A stretch of DNA of 64,000 bases from Polyangiaceae bacterium (GTDB taxonomy: Bacteria; Myxococcota_A; Polyangia; Polyangiales; Polyangiaceae). The notes under the pieces are model-generated. The model saw only the letters and a list, made by a program, of their open reading frames with translations. It made no database searches and was not told where the DNA came from. Positions 1 to 10,059 of this stretch are shown piece after piece. The stretch is taken from positions 2,912,001 through 2,976,000 of the forward strand of contig CBDCTZ010000016.1 in the NCBI GenBank assembly GCA_965222375.1. Reading direction: 5' to 3'. The translations under genes were made by a program, and so were the position numbers. Each line of letters opens with the position of its first letter. Position 1 is the first letter of the stretch.

Positions 1-150
1 TTGGTGTACGGCCATCCGCAGGGCCCCACGGGCACTCGCTTGGTCATCGAGTTGATTGAAGAGTTAGTCGCGGCGGGTGGCGGCTACGGTCTTTTCAGCG
101 GTTGCGCTGCTGGAGATACCGCGATGGCGCTTGTGATTTCGGTGGGGTGA
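1..150 (+). CDS. Thiolase (acetyl-CoA acyltransferase family), C-terminal fragment, 5' end outside window
   Basis: Frame 1 reads LVYGHPQGPTGTRLVIELIEEL...GYGLFSGCAAGDTAMALVISVG*, matching the thiolase GHPxG motif and the C-terminal catalytic Cys segment. Confidence 0.85.
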   Translation: MVYGHPQGPTGTRLVIELIEELVAAGGGYGLFSGCAAGDTAMALVISVG

Positions 151-220
151 TTTCTGGCAGGTAGTCAAAGACAACGCGCGCGGGGGGGTCTCCTCGCGTC
201 CAACAGACGGAGAGAAGTAG

Positions 221-1591
221 ATGAGTGACACGGTCAAATATCAACTGGAAGAGTCGAAGCTGCCCAAGGCTTGGTACAACGTCGTTGCGGACTTGCCGCA
301 GCCGCCGCCGCCACCGCTGCATCCTGGCACCGGCAAACCCTTGGGCCCCGACGACCTGGCACCCCTGTTTCCCATGGCGTTGATCCAGCAGGAGGTCAGC
401 GCCGAGCGCGAGATCGAGATCCCCGAACCTGTCCGTGACATTTACCGCCAGTGGCGCCCGGCTCCCCTGTACCGCGCGCGCAGGTTGGAGCAGGCGTTGG
501 ATACGCCGGCGAAGATTTACTACAAATACGAGGGCGTCAGCCCCACGGGAAGTCACAAGCCTAACACCGCAGTGGCACAGGCCTTCTACAACAAAGAGGC
601 CGGCATCACGCGTATCTCGACGGAAACCGGCGCAGGTCAATGGGGGTCTTCGCTGGCCTTCGCTGGCGCTTTGTTCGGCGTCGAAATTCAGGTTTTCATG
701 GTGCGCGTGAGTTTCGAACAGAAGCCCTATCGCAAAGCGCTGATGGAGGCATTCGGCGCTACCTGCATCGCCAGCCCGAGCACAGAGACAGATACCGGGC
801 GCCAAATCCGCGAGCGGTTTCCCGATACGACCGGCAGCCTGGGCATTGCCATCAGTGAAGCCGTAGAAGTTGCCGCAAAGAATGACAACACCAAATACGC
901 CCTAGGTAGCGTGCTCAATCACGTGCTCTTGCACCAGACGATTGTGGGTCTCGAGGCCATCGAGCAGATGCAGATGGCCGGCGACTATCCGGATGTTCTA
1001 GTAGGATGCACGGGTGGTGGGTCGAACTTCGCCGGGCTGGTATTCCCGTTCTTGGGTCAGCAGCTACGCGGTGGAAAGAAGATGCGCATCGTTGCCTGCG
1101 AACCGGCAGCGTGCCCGACGTTGACCCGTGGCAAGTATGCCTATGACTTTGGCGACACAGGGCAACTCACTCCTCTGGTGAAGATGCACACCTTGGGCTC
1201 GGGTTTCGTTCCCCCGGGCTTTCACGCGGGCGGCCTGCGCTATCACGGTATGGCACCGCTGGTGAGTCATATTCAGGAGCTGGGCTTGCTCGAGTCCCAA
1301 GCCTTCGTGCAGCAAGCATGCTTCGAAGCGGGCGTCACCTTTGCGCGTGCCGAGGGGATCTTGCCTGCGCCTGAGGCCACTCACGCCGTCAAGGGCGCCA
1401 TTGACGAGGCCTTGCGGTGCAAGAAGGAGGGCAAGTCGGAAGTCATTCTGTTCAATCTCTGCGGGCACGGGCATTTCGACATGACGGCCTACGACGCCTA
1501 CTTCAGCGGCAATCTCGAGGATCGCTCCTACGACTCGGCTCTGTTGGACAAGGCGCTTTCGGAGTTGCCGGCCATTCAAGCACCGGCCTGA
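221..1591 (+). CDS. trpB2: TrpB-like PLP-dependent enzyme (tryptophan synthase beta type 2)
   Basis: [17 protein letters not shown] (PLP Lys), [31 protein letters not shown] motifs; 456 aa; no trpA nearby. Confidence 0.93.
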   Translation: MSDTVKYQLEESKLPKAWYNVVADLPQPPPPPLHPGTGKPLGPDDLAPLFPMALIQQEVSAEREIEIPEPVRDIYRQWRPAPLYRARRLEQALDTPAKIYYKYEGVSPTGSHKPNTAVAQAFYNKEAGITRISTETGAGQWGSSLAFAGALFGVEIQVFMVRVSFEQKPYRKALMEAFGATCIASPSTETDTGRQIRERFPDTTGSLGIAISEAVEVAAKNDNTKYALGSVLNHVLLHQTIVGLEAIEQMQMAGDYPDVLVGCTGGGSNFAGLVFPFLGQQLRGGKKMRIVACEPAACPTLTRGKYAYDFGDTGQLTPLVKMHTLGSGFVPPGFHAGGLRYHGMAPLVSHIQELGLLESQAFVQQACFEAGVTFARAEGILPAPEATHAVKGAIDEALRCKKEGKSEVILFNLCGHGHFDMTAYDAYFSGNLEDRSYDSALLDKALSELPAIQAPA

Positions 1592-1620
1592 CCTCGGCGC
1601 GCTCGTGCCTGCAAAGTGAA

Positions 1621-1699
1621 TGGCACCCCAATCTGGGTTGGGGTGCCAGGGGCGCTTCACCAAGCTGCCGAGGGTGCGCATCCCAGCTTCCAGCTGGGA
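1621..1699. terminator. Stem-loops between convergent genes (candidate terminator or REP-like element)
   Basis: Perfect 11-bp stem TGGCACCCCAA/TTGGGGTGCCA (1621-1648) and TCCCAGCT/AGCTGGGA (1681-1699); no U-tract. Confidence 0.4.
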
Positions 1700-1732
1700 G
1701 CTCACGGGCCGGCGGCTCGCGACTCGCCGCTC

Positions 1733-2122
1733 TCAACGCGGTTGCAGTACGTGCTGCTTCGGTACCACGCATTTGAAGTTTCCCGAAAAGACCGTCTTTT
1801 CATCGAACTTCACTTCGACGTCGACGCTGGCGCGTTTGCCATCGCTTTCGCGCACCGTGGCATGGGCGTGCAGCTCGTCTCCCACTCGTGACGGAGCCAA
1901 GAACTTCACCTCAGCGCCGGCCAGGACGACCAGCGGATGATTGACCGCAAGCATCGCGGCATAGTCGGCGAGGCCGAATACGAACCCCCCATGCACCAAG
2001 CGTTGCTCGTCCGCAGCCATGGCGGCAGTTGTCTTCAGCTTCACGTGCGCGGAGCCTTCAGTCAGCTCGACAGGCTCACCACAGAGCGTCGCGTCGATGG
2101 CTAGGTGTGTGTTGAGGTTCAT
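1733..2122 (-). CDS. PaaI/hotdog-fold thioesterase
   Basis: LVHGGFVFGLADYAAMLA motif; likely start MNLNTHL at 2122. Confidence 0.88.
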   Translation of the reverse strand: MNLNTHLAIDATLCGEPVELTEGSAHVKLKTTAAMAADEQRLVHGGFVFGLADYAAMLAVNHPLVVLAGAEVKFLAPSRVGDELHAHATVRESDGKRASVDVEVKFDEKTVFSGNFKCVVPKQHVLQPR

Positions 2123-2189
2123 GCGTGCATTGTCCCGGTAAGCCGCGGCTTTGCAATCAGATTCCACGGAGGCGGCGAGCTGCCTGCAC

Positions 2190-3380
2190 ATGTATGCTGC
2201 GGCCATGGCGGCCCCGGCCCGCAGCGCTTTCCTCCTAGACCCCGAGATCGTGTTTCTGAACCACGGTTCCTTTGGGGCGTGCCCCATTCCGGTGCTCGAA
2301 CGGCAGACCGAGTTGCGCAAGCGCATGGAGCGGGAGCCGGTGCGTTTCTACATGCGTGAGCTGCCTGTACTCCTCGACGCCGCCCGACAACGGGTTGCGC
2401 AGTTGGTTCGCGCCGATCCGGAGGACGTCGTCTTCGTGCGCAACGCTACGGTCGCGGTCAACTCCGTGTTGGCCAGCCTACGCCTCGAGCCCGGGGACGA
2501 GGTCGTGACGACGAACCACGCCTACCGAGCCTGCCACAACGCCTTGGAGCACCACGCGGACCGCGCTGGCGCACGGGTCGTCGTCGCTCACGTGCCGTTT
2601 CCCATCGAAGGACCCGAGGCGGTCAGAGACCGCGTGCTGGCTGCCCTCAGCGATCGCACTCGCTTGCTGATGATCGATCACGTCACCAGCCCGACCGCCG
2701 TCATATTCCCCGTCCAGGAGATCGTCAGTGCGGCGGAGGCTCGGGGTGTCGCCACGCTCGTAGATGGCGCCCATGCGCCCGGCATGCTGCCCCTCGACAT
2801 GGCAGCCATCGGGGCCAGTTATTACACAGGGAACTTTCACAAGTGGGTGTGTGCGCCCAAGGGCGCGGCGTTCTTGCATGCGCGTCGCAACCGCCACGCC
2901 GGGCTCCACCCAGCAGTGATCAGTCACGGTCTGTCATCCACGCGGCCGCGCTCCCGATATTGGGAGGAGTTTGACTGGTGCGGTACGGACGACTTCAGTC
3001 CCCCGCTGTGCGTGCCGGAGGCCTTGTCTTACCTGGAGTCGCAACCCGACGGGCTTGCAGGAGTGATGCAACGCAACCGACGCCTAGCTCTGGAGGCGCG
3101 TCGCATTCTGATGTCTGCGCTACAGCAACCATGTCCCGTGCCAGACGAAATGATCGGTTCCATGGCCACTCTGCCCCTCCCGGTCGCTGGGCCCGTGCTG
3201 GGTTCTGCCTTCGACGTGGACCCTCTGCAAACCGAACTGTTCCAGCAGTATCGGGTCGAAGTACCAATTTTCGCTTTCCCTGGCCCCGGTGCCCGGTGTC
3301 TTCGCATATCTGCCCAACTGTACAATCACGTGGACGAGTATCGAGTCCTCGCTCGCGCTTTGACGGAGCTCGTCTCCTGA
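2190..3380 (+). CDS. Class V PLP aminotransferase-fold enzyme (isopenicillin N epimerase / C-S lyase-like)
   Basis: FLNHGSFGACP, LVDGAHAPG, GNFHKW motifs; start 2190 or 2205. Confidence 0.88.
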   Translation: MYAAAMAAPARSAFLLDPEIVFLNHGSFGACPIPVLERQTELRKRMEREPVRFYMRELPVLLDAARQRVAQLVRADPEDVVFVRNATVAVNSVLASLRLEPGDEVVTTNHAYRACHNALEHHADRAGARVVVAHVPFPIEGPEAVRDRVLAALSDRTRLLMIDHVTSPTAVIFPVQEIVSAAEARGVATLVDGAHAPGMLPLDMAAIGASYYTGNFHKWVCAPKGAAFLHARRNRHAGLHPAVISHGLSSTRPRSRYWEEFDWCGTDDFSPPLCVPEALSYLESQPDGLAGVMQRNRRLALEARRILMSALQQPCPVPDEMIGSMATLPLPVAGPVLGSAFDVDPLQTELFQQYRVEVPIFAFPGPGARCLRISAQLYNHVDEYRVLARALTELVS

Positions 3381-3420
3381 CCCCTTGATCGGCTGCTGCA
3401 TGCCACGCTATCGCAGGTTG

Positions 3421-4965
3421 ATGTTTCGTTTCGTGATTCTTGGGCTCTGCTGCATGCTGGTCGCCTGTGGCGGTGGCCCACGACCACCCGCCAGTCCCAG
3501 CGCCGGACCGGCTGCGAATACGCCGCCCGTAGCTGAGCCAGCGTCGAGCTCCCAGCCCGCAGTCACGGGCCCCTGGGGCGCGCCCCCGGCCTCCTGCGCC
3601 GAATCCATTGCTGACAAGACTGCGCCGGGTCCGTGTCCCGCTGGCAGCCCCCAGGACGCCCTGGCACGAGCGCTCCGTAAGAAGGGAGCAGCGTCCGACG
3701 CAGAACTATTCGCGTTAGAAGCGTGCACGGCCTTTCCCGTTGGCGCCGTTCGCGCGTTGCGCGCGGAGCGGCTGCCCGCCCAATGTCGCGACCTTCTGAC
3801 CGTCAACTACGCCGTGCCCAAAGGCACGCGTGCTGATCTTCGCGATGCTCTCATGGGCTTGGGCATATCTGCGCAATTGAGGCGGCTGGTTCAAAACCCG
3901 CCAACCTTGCCGCCTCCCCACGATCGCGCCCGCGTCGAGGCATTCGTCAAGGGGCAGCTAGCGAAGTGGATTCAGAGCCAGGCGAAAGCGGTATTCACAC
4001 TCTCGAGTCGGGGCGCGGCCTTGTCCGGTTACGCGAAGGGCATCGTTGCCGTGGAAGCCGGTATGGCGGACATGCGCTTCGTCGAGGCAGCGCGGTCGGC
4101 GCCCGTCCCCGAAGAGATCAAGGGAGACAGCGAACTCACGGAGGCCTATTACGCAACCCTCGACCAAGCCCTCGAGCCGAGAAAGACTCGTGGACGCGAT
4201 GCTGCCCTCGTTGGCCTGAAGCACTTGGCCCAGGTGGGGGTGCTGCGCGACGAGCGCGTTGTCATGGCTCGGTCCATGCTGAGCAAGTTGTACGCGGGGC
4301 GTCGCATTGATGCTCTGGATGCCTTGCTGCTGCCGACCCCGGAGCTAGAAGAAAGGGAGCAACCAACGAGCGAAGCCATCGCGGAGAAAGTTCCGAGCTT
4401 CTACGTTCCGTTCTTCGTACCGAAGCTCGATGCCACGGTCCCGTCCACTCTGACTGCTCTCGCTCGACGGGGCTTGCCCCGAATCGCGCGCCTGCAGTTG
4501 GTCAAACCGGCCGTGCCGAAAGAGGCCCGCGCGCTCTACGCTCGACTTCTATTCGACTTGGCGCGGACCTATTGGCGGGCAGAGGACTTCAAAGCGGCAG
4601 CGAAGGCGTCTGCTTCTCTCAAGGGCCCGGCGGTCGAGCTGATCGCGGCCCTGAGCCAGGTGCTTCAAAACGGTCCTAAAGACGCGGCCGACATGATGGT
4701 CCGCGGACCGCTGCTACCCAAGGGGCTCACCAAGGTCGGCCCCTTGGACCAACTTCAGAAACGTAGTCCGTCCCTTTCGGGGTTCGCTGCCTTTGACGCG
4801 GCGGTCCTGTTGGAGACAGCCCCACCCCCGGATGCCAAGGCAGCGTACTGGAAGGACATTGCCGCCCGCTACGCGGTCGCGGCAAAGAAGCTGCCTCCGG
4901 ACCTACGTAAACGCGCGGCTGAGCGCCGCAAAGCTGCCGAGGAAACTGCGCGGGCAGTGAAGTGA
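3421..4965 (+). CDS. Hypothetical helical lipoprotein
   Basis: Signal MFRFVILGLCCMLVAC (lipobox LVAC), Pro-rich linker, long ORF. Confidence 0.7.
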   Translation: MFRFVILGLCCMLVACGGGPRPPASPSAGPAANTPPVAEPASSSQPAVTGPWGAPPASCAESIADKTAPGPCPAGSPQDALARALRKKGAASDAELFALEACTAFPVGAVRALRAERLPAQCRDLLTVNYAVPKGTRADLRDALMGLGISAQLRRLVQNPPTLPPPHDRARVEAFVKGQLAKWIQSQAKAVFTLSSRGAALSGYAKGIVAVEAGMADMRFVEAARSAPVPEEIKGDSELTEAYYATLDQALEPRKTRGRDAALVGLKHLAQVGVLRDERVVMARSMLSKLYAGRRIDALDALLLPTPELEEREQPTSEAIAEKVPSFYVPFFVPKLDATVPSTLTALARRGLPRIARLQLVKPAVPKEARALYARLLFDLARTYWRAEDFKAAAKASASLKGPAVELIAALSQVLQNGPKDAADMMVRGPLLPKGLTKVGPLDQLQKRSPSLSGFAAFDAAVLLETAPPPDAKAAYWKDIAARYAVAAKKLPPDLRKRAAERRKAAEETARAVK

Positions 4966-4978
4966 TCGAGAGCGCCCG

Positions 4979-5929
4979 ATGACGCCTTCCCGCGAGATTC
5001 GCCGCCTTGGCCTGTGCCTCGGGCTACTTGCGCTGCCTGCGGCGTGTCAGCGACCGGCCAAGCCTCTATCCAGCGGACCTACGGCTGAGGAAGCCCCCGC
5101 GCAGCAGGAGTCCAAGCCCCCTGCATCGTCCCCGACGCCGACCCAGGCTGACGCTGCTTGGGGGGATGCCAAGCCTCACGCCGCGAAGGCACTCCCGCCC
5201 TGGCCTCCGACCCTGCCGCCCCGCGCCGAAACGGACTGGTGCATCGAATCCGTGTTCGCCCTGGACGAGGAGACCTGCCTGGTCATGCCTGAGCGGCGCT
5301 CCGAGCGCCTCCTGATCTACCTGCACGGCATCGTGCCCCCGACCAAAGAAAGCGTTCAGAAGACCAACTTCGAAAAGGTGGTCGCACGCGCGTCTCGTCG
5401 CGCCAACGTTGTGGCGCTGATTCCACGAGGAGAGCAGGGCTTCGCCCCAAAAGGCTATGCCGGCTGGTGGAGCTGGCCGACGTCCAGTTTCACCTTTCGC
5501 AAAAAGGGCGCGCCCTTCGTGGCGAAGCTGAAGGCCAAGCGCGAGAAGCTCGAAAAGCTGGTCGGCTACCGCTTCAAGAGTGCGTACGTCGCAGGCTCGT
5601 CGGCCGGCGCCTACTTTGTCGTCGCGCTGGCGCTTCATGGCGTCCTCGAAGTCGATGGCTTTGGTGCCATGTCCGGTGGCACGGGCTACGAGACCGAGGG
5701 CATGAAAGAGCTTTCACCGAAGCCGTTCTACATCGGCTTTGGAAAGCACGATTCCGTCGCTGGCTCCGCCCGAGACCTGGGTCGACGGATGGAGAAACTC
5801 GGTTGGCCCGTGTTGGTCCGCGCACATGCAACGGGGCACGGCGCGCGGGAAGTCTACCTAGACGAGGCCTTTCCGTTTTGGCTCAAGGGTCGAGCTCCGG
5901 GTAGTGCCGAAAAATCCCGTTCTGATTGA
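4979..5929 (+). CDS. Alpha/beta hydrolase (esterase-like), exported, possibly a lipoprotein
   Basis: Signal ending in Cys, LIYLHG, nucleophile elbow AGSSAG, Asp (KHDSV) and His (TGHG) candidates. Confidence 0.75.
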   Translation: MTPSREIRRLGLCLGLLALPAACQRPAKPLSSGPTAEEAPAQQESKPPASSPTPTQADAAWGDAKPHAAKALPPWPPTLPPRAETDWCIESVFALDEETCLVMPERRSERLLIYLHGIVPPTKESVQKTNFEKVVARASRRANVVALIPRGEQGFAPKGYAGWWSWPTSSFTFRKKGAPFVAKLKAKREKLEKLVGYRFKSAYVAGSSAGAYFVVALALHGVLEVDGFGAMSGGTGYETEGMKELSPKPFYIGFGKHDSVAGSARDLGRRMEKLGWPVLVRAHATGHGAREVYLDEAFPFWLKGRAPGSAEKSRSD

Positions 5930-6632
5930 AAGCGATGCGCCGATCCGAAGCCAGGTAGCCAGCTATTCCCTCCTGCTCGGCCACGCGTTGCGCCAGCGCC
6001 ATCACGTTCGGAAGCTCGTGGCTCAAGCGCCCGAAGGCGTTCGGAAAAGCGTAGCGCAGACCCGCGACGACCTGGAGCAGCGAGAGATCGACGTAGGACA
6101 GAGTCTTTCCCAATGTCCAGCGGCGCTGCGCTTCGGAGTTCTGCTCCAGAGTGCGCTCGAAGTAGCGTAGATACTTGGGCATGCGTTCGTTGACGAAAGC
6201 TTGAGAGCGGCGTCGGGCAACGTCTGCCTGCTCTTCGAAGTGTTGCATGGGTGAGATGGGGTGGTGGGTGTCGTGCACTTCGCTGACCAGGTCAGCGATC
6301 GTCAGCTGGTAGGCCAACGCCCTGGAGCGCGATGCCGGGTCTTCGGCGACGAGGCCTAGAACTGGAGCGATCGCGTTGAGAATAGCAGCGCTCTGCGCCA
6401 GGACCTGCCCATCGAACTTCAGCACCGGCGGGGCAAAGGGTAGCCCGTCATCGCCGCCATCTTGCAGGATGGTGATCAGTGCCGCGACACCACCACCGGC
6501 TTTCGAGGGTTGCCGGGCAACGTCCACGTAAGCTTGCCCTGCGGCTTCGAAGGCCAAGCGGACGAATTCTCCTCGGCCTTGAATCGTGGGCCAGTAGTAC
6601 AGGGCGTAGCCCGTGGCCTCCTCGCTGCTCAT
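5883..6632 (-). CDS. Glutathione S-transferase
   Basis: LYYWPTIQGRGEFVRL, FAPPVL, LAQSAAI, LSYVDLSL motifs; likely start MSSEEATG at 6632. Confidence 0.92.
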   Translation of the reverse strand: MSSEEATGYALYYWPTIQGRGEFVRLAFEAAGQAYVDVARQPSKAGGGVAALITILQDGGDDGLPFAPPVLKFDGQVLAQSAAILNAIAPVLGLVAEDPASRSRALAYQLTIADLVSEVHDTHHPISPMQHFEEQADVARRRSQAFVNERMPKYLRYFERTLEQNSEAQRRWTLGKTLSYVDLSLLQVVAGLRYAFPNAFGRLSHELPNVMALAQRVAEQEGIAGYLASDRRIAFNQNGIFRHYPELDP

Positions 6633-6759
6633 GAGACCAATTCCTAAGGTAGCGCGGGCTCCCTGCAAAGGCTCAAGGCTCTTGAAAATGTGCCGTTCTG
6701 ATGGCTGGAACATGTCATCCGCATGGCCCTCCATTGCTCCGCGTAGCGTGCCCCTGACC

Positions 6760-7056
6760 ATGATGCCCCCAAGGGGGAGAGCGAGCTTTTCTGCGCTCGT
6801 TTTGGTCGCAATCGCTTGGGTTTTGTTGGGTTTGGTCTTCGCGCTGAGGACAGAGCTGGCGGACGAGTATGTGCGCAGCGAGGCGTGGCGGGGACAGCTA
6901 CGTCGCGTACTTTTGGGTGTTTCCGGGCTCCTGGCGCTGGGCAGCCTCGTGCCTGCCATCAGCGGTGTCCGGAGGGCGGCACTTCGGTCTGGGCTCGCCG
7001 TGCTGCTGGCCGTTGGCTGGTGCGTGCTGGTTGGCTGGCGATTGCTCAGCAGCTGA
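6760..7056 (+). CDS. Small membrane protein (3 TM segments)
   Basis: Three hydrophobic stretches; fills the gap between GST and the next lipoprotein. Confidence 0.55.
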   Translation: MMPPRGRASFSALVLVAIAWVLLGLVFALRTELADEYVRSEAWRGQLRRVLLGVSGLLALGSLVPAISGVRRAALRSGLAVLLAVGWCVLVGWRLLSS

Positions 7057-7101
7057 GGCGATACTCGGTTCGAGGCTGCTCCCGAGTTATACTTCCGAGG
7101 T

Positions 7102-7950
7102 ATGCGCCCCCAGGCCACGGCTATTGTCGCGTTCACGTTGAGCGGGTGCGCTGACAAGCCCGAGCCCATCGACAAGCCCGAGCCGCCCGATATGAGCGAT
7201 GTGGTGGCGCGATTCGAACAGCCGACGGGTGTTTTCGACGCAGCTGGTGCCCAGAGAATCCTCGATGCTTATGCGGCCCAAGCGCTTCAGATCACTGAAC
7301 TCGGTCTGCACGAGAGCGTTATTCAGTCGTTGCAAGCTTCGCTGGATGAAGCGCTGCGTGAAAGCAAGGAAACCCAAGGCTTCGATCCCGGTTCTGGAGA
7401 TGGAGAGGCCGTGGCCACCACGCAGGCAGCCCTGTCATTGCAGGCCAACGGCACGATAGGCATCAAGCGCATTTGTGACGGGTGGGCGGCGATGCCGGCG
7501 CCAGACCCTGACAACGGTTCGTTGACGTTGCGGGTGAACTTTTCGGAGCAAGGATTGGACCCAGTTGTATGGGGCGAAGCACTCGCGTGTCGCTATCTAG
7601 CGCCTGCGGATGCCCGAGTGCTGGTGGACGACGGCTCTGGCCGCAAGGGTGATTTGCGTATTTGGCTCGGCCGATCCGCGACCTTCGAGAACTTCGGTGA
7701 CGAATCCCTTCTCTTCGACTTGGACCTGAGCGCAGAGGTGCAAGGGGTGAGTTCGGCGGCGGTGCTTTCTTTTCGCTTCGACCCCGTCGATGGCGCTGTC
7801 GCAGTCTCCGTGGACGCTCAGCCAGGACACGTGGTCGTTTCCCCCACCAAACCGAATCAGCTTACGGTCTCGGCACAGAACGGTATGTTCGAGTGCGATC
7901 TGTCTGGCCAACAATGCACCTCGGACGTCGGTCAAAGCTTCAGTTACTGA
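7102..7950 (+). CDS. Hypothetical lipoprotein
   Basis: Lipobox LSGC; acidic, beta-rich body with paired Cys. Confidence 0.7.
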   Translation: MRPQATAIVAFTLSGCADKPEPIDKPEPPDMSDVVARFEQPTGVFDAAGAQRILDAYAAQALQITELGLHESVIQSLQASLDEALRESKETQGFDPGSGDGEAVATTQAALSLQANGTIGIKRICDGWAAMPAPDPDNGSLTLRVNFSEQGLDPVVWGEALACRYLAPADARVLVDDGSGRKGDLRIWLGRSATFENFGDESLLFDLDLSAEVQGVSSAAVLSFRFDPVDGAVAVSVDAQPGHVVVSPTKPNQLTVSAQNGMFECDLSGQQCTSDVGQSFSY

Positions 7951-8747
7951 CGGTGGGGCTGGCGCTGCTGACCGCGGTGGAGGCTCTGGGCTACCACAGT
8001 GAAAAGGAGCGCATCACCGACCAGACCGCCTATACGCTGCCCGCGAAGCGGCTCAGGCTTGGCCTGTTCAAGCTCCAGTACGGGGTTTGGGATCCTCTGA
8101 CTGTAGGCACCTATACCTTGCCCTGGGTAGTTCGAACCGCGAACCTCCACGTCAAGGGGCGGCTCTATTTCGACGACCCCTGGGCAGTTGCCATGCACGT
8201 GGGTGGCTACCGTCTGGATGTCAGTAAGCTCAAGGCCTTCGAGGACGAGCCTGGCGACGCCATCATCACCATTGGCACATTCGAGCCCAGCGTTTCCTAT
8301 CGCTTCAACTCACGGTTTTCGCTCAGTGCCAGCGTGCCGTATACGGAAGTGCGCGCAGAAGGCAGCGTGAACACGGAAGCATTCGACGGTGCTCTCGCGG
8401 GCGCAGTGGACAATCTCCAAGTCACCAGCACCTTCGAGTGGCGAGTCAGTCGCTTGACAGCTTTGATCCTGCACGCGCGCTATCTGGTATTCCAGCGGGT
8501 CTTCGCAGATGGCAGCGCGACCCTCCGACCCGACGACTACACCACGGTCGTGGTTGACGCGGACGCGGAAAGTGACGCCCTCGACTTCGCAGGCGCGTGG
8601 TCCGTTGTGCCCTCCGTCTTCTTTTCCTGGAGTAGCTTCAACCTTCGGTTCGGCGTGGGCTACGGCAACTGGAGCATCCCACCCATCAACTTCGTGCTGC
8701 CCAAGAAGGTCCCGATCCCGGAACTGGAGCTTTTCTGGGTTTTTTAG
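7914..8747 (+). CDS. Putative outer-membrane beta-barrel protein
   Basis: Signal peptide, amphipathic aromatic-rich strands, C-terminal Phe (LELFWVF); start approximate. Confidence 0.65.
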   Translation: MHLGRRSKLQLLTVGLALLTAVEALGYHSEKERITDQTAYTLPAKRLRLGLFKLQYGVWDPLTVGTYTLPWVVRTANLHVKGRLYFDDPWAVAMHVGGYRLDVSKLKAFEDEPGDAIITIGTFEPSVSYRFNSRFSLSASVPYTEVRAEGSVNTEAFDGALAGAVDNLQVTSTFEWRVSRLTALILHARYLVFQRVFADGSATLRPDDYTTVVVDADAESDALDFAGAWSVVPSVFFSWSSFNLRFGVGYGNWSIPPINFVLPKKVPIPELELFWVF

Positions 8748-8837
8748 CACTGACGCGCGTCCCATTCCGGCGTATTGGTATTTACGCCCAGGACAATCTC
8801 TGGCGGGGTACAGTACGGGCAAGGGAGCGAGTGAAAT

Positions 8838-9665
8838 ATGGATCCTTTTGCGCCGATCAACGGCATCTCATTGGAAAAGTACGCTGACTTGGGCGCCGCC
8901 CTCGACGGCAAGGAGAAAGACAAGAAAGCCGTCGCGGAGATCTTGGCCGCGGAGGGGGTCTCGGAGGCGGACTACGAAGCTGCCAAGACGGGGTGGACCG
9001 CACGCATGCAGGACATGTCCCTCATGGGCAAAGTCGCCACCGCGTTCATGCCGCTGTACCAGGCGGCACTGGCGAAGCGTAAGGGCGGTGCGGCGCGCGT
9101 CAGCTACGAGGACTTCGTGCACGTCAGCGCGTTGATCAAGATCTACGGTTACGAAGCTGCGGTCCAAACAGTCGGCGTTTCAGGTAGCGAGTGGGCGGAA
9201 GCCGCCGGTGCTTGGACCCAAGAGATGACCGCCAAGATGCAGCAGTACGCTGGCCACCACGGTAACGTCTCCCAAGAGGAGGCCAAGATTCGCGGTGGTG
9301 CGCAGCCGCGCAAGATCCAGATCACCCGGGACTCCAGTGCCGCCGCAATGGCGCAGCCGGATGCCGCTGCGGTTCAGGCACAAGCGAGCATGGACCCCGT
9401 CGCGGCAGCAATGCAAAACCCCGCGATGGTTCAAGCTCAACAAGCACAGGCGGCGATCATGCAGAACCCGATCGGTTTCGGCCTGGGCCAAGCTGCGAAC
9501 TTCGTCACTGGCGGAATCGTCGCAGGCTCCAAGGTCGGTGTGAAGTGGTCCGACGGGAACCAATACCCTGGCAGCGTCATGCAGGCGGCGCCGGGCCAAT
9601 ACCTCGTGCAGTTCGAGAACGGTTCGCAGCAGTGGATCCCAGAGAACTCCGTCGTGAAGCTCTGA
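8838..9665 (+). CDS. Protein with duplicated N-terminal helical module (DUF6620-like) and C-terminal Tudor-like domain
   Basis: Repeats GVSEADYEAAKTGWTARM / GVSGSEWAEAAGAWTQEM; C-terminal GSKVGVKWSDGNQYPGSV...YLVQFENGSQQWIP. Confidence 0.7.
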   Translation: MDPFAPINGISLEKYADLGAALDGKEKDKKAVAEILAAEGVSEADYEAAKTGWTARMQDMSLMGKVATAFMPLYQAALAKRKGGAARVSYEDFVHVSALIKIYGYEAAVQTVGVSGSEWAEAAGAWTQEMTAKMQQYAGHHGNVSQEEAKIRGGAQPRKIQITRDSSAAAMAQPDAAAVQAQASMDPVAAAMQNPAMVQAQQAQAAIMQNPIGFGLGQAANFVTGGIVAGSKVGVKWSDGNQYPGSVMQAAPGQYLVQFENGSQQWIPENSVVKL

Positions 9666-9669
9666 GCTG

Positions 9670-10035
9670 ATGAACTGCGAACACTGCGGCGCCAACCTGT
9701 CCCTGGAGGACATGACCAAGCCGAACTGCCCGTTCTGCAAGAACGTGCTCAAGCACCACGCGCGGGCCGCAGAGCACGCGGTGCTGGTCAACAAGATGAT
9801 GGCCGATCGGATCGGGGCTCAATACCCCGGCCTCAAGCCCGGCGAAGTGCCGCAAATCGGTTACCAGTTCGGTGCGCCAATGGATCCTTCCTTTGGCCGA
9901 TTCCAAGCGGCGCAGACCGAGAAGGCGGTAAAACGAGCGGCGTGGATCACGATCGTCGCGTTCATCGTGCCAGTCGTGCTCGTGATCGGGATTGCGATGG
10001 TGATCGCGGTGTGGCTCTTCTTCGTCGCCGTGTAG
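9670..10035 (+). CDS. Zinc-ribbon protein with C-terminal membrane anchor
   Basis: CEHC...CPFC and a long C-terminal hydrophobic helix; 4 nt after the upstream stop. Confidence 0.75.
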   Translation: MNCEHCGANLSLEDMTKPNCPFCKNVLKHHARAAEHAVLVNKMMADRIGAQYPGLKPGEVPQIGYQFGAPMDPSFGRFQAAQTEKAVKRAAWITIVAFIVPVVLVIGIAMVIAVWLFFVAV

Positions 10036-10059
10036 TGTCTGCCCCAGGAGGCCCTGGAA

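Noticed and set aside
2190..3380. Beta-lactam or ergothioneine pathway from the epimerase-like gene
   Set aside because: No other pathway genes are in the window, and the family is functionally broad
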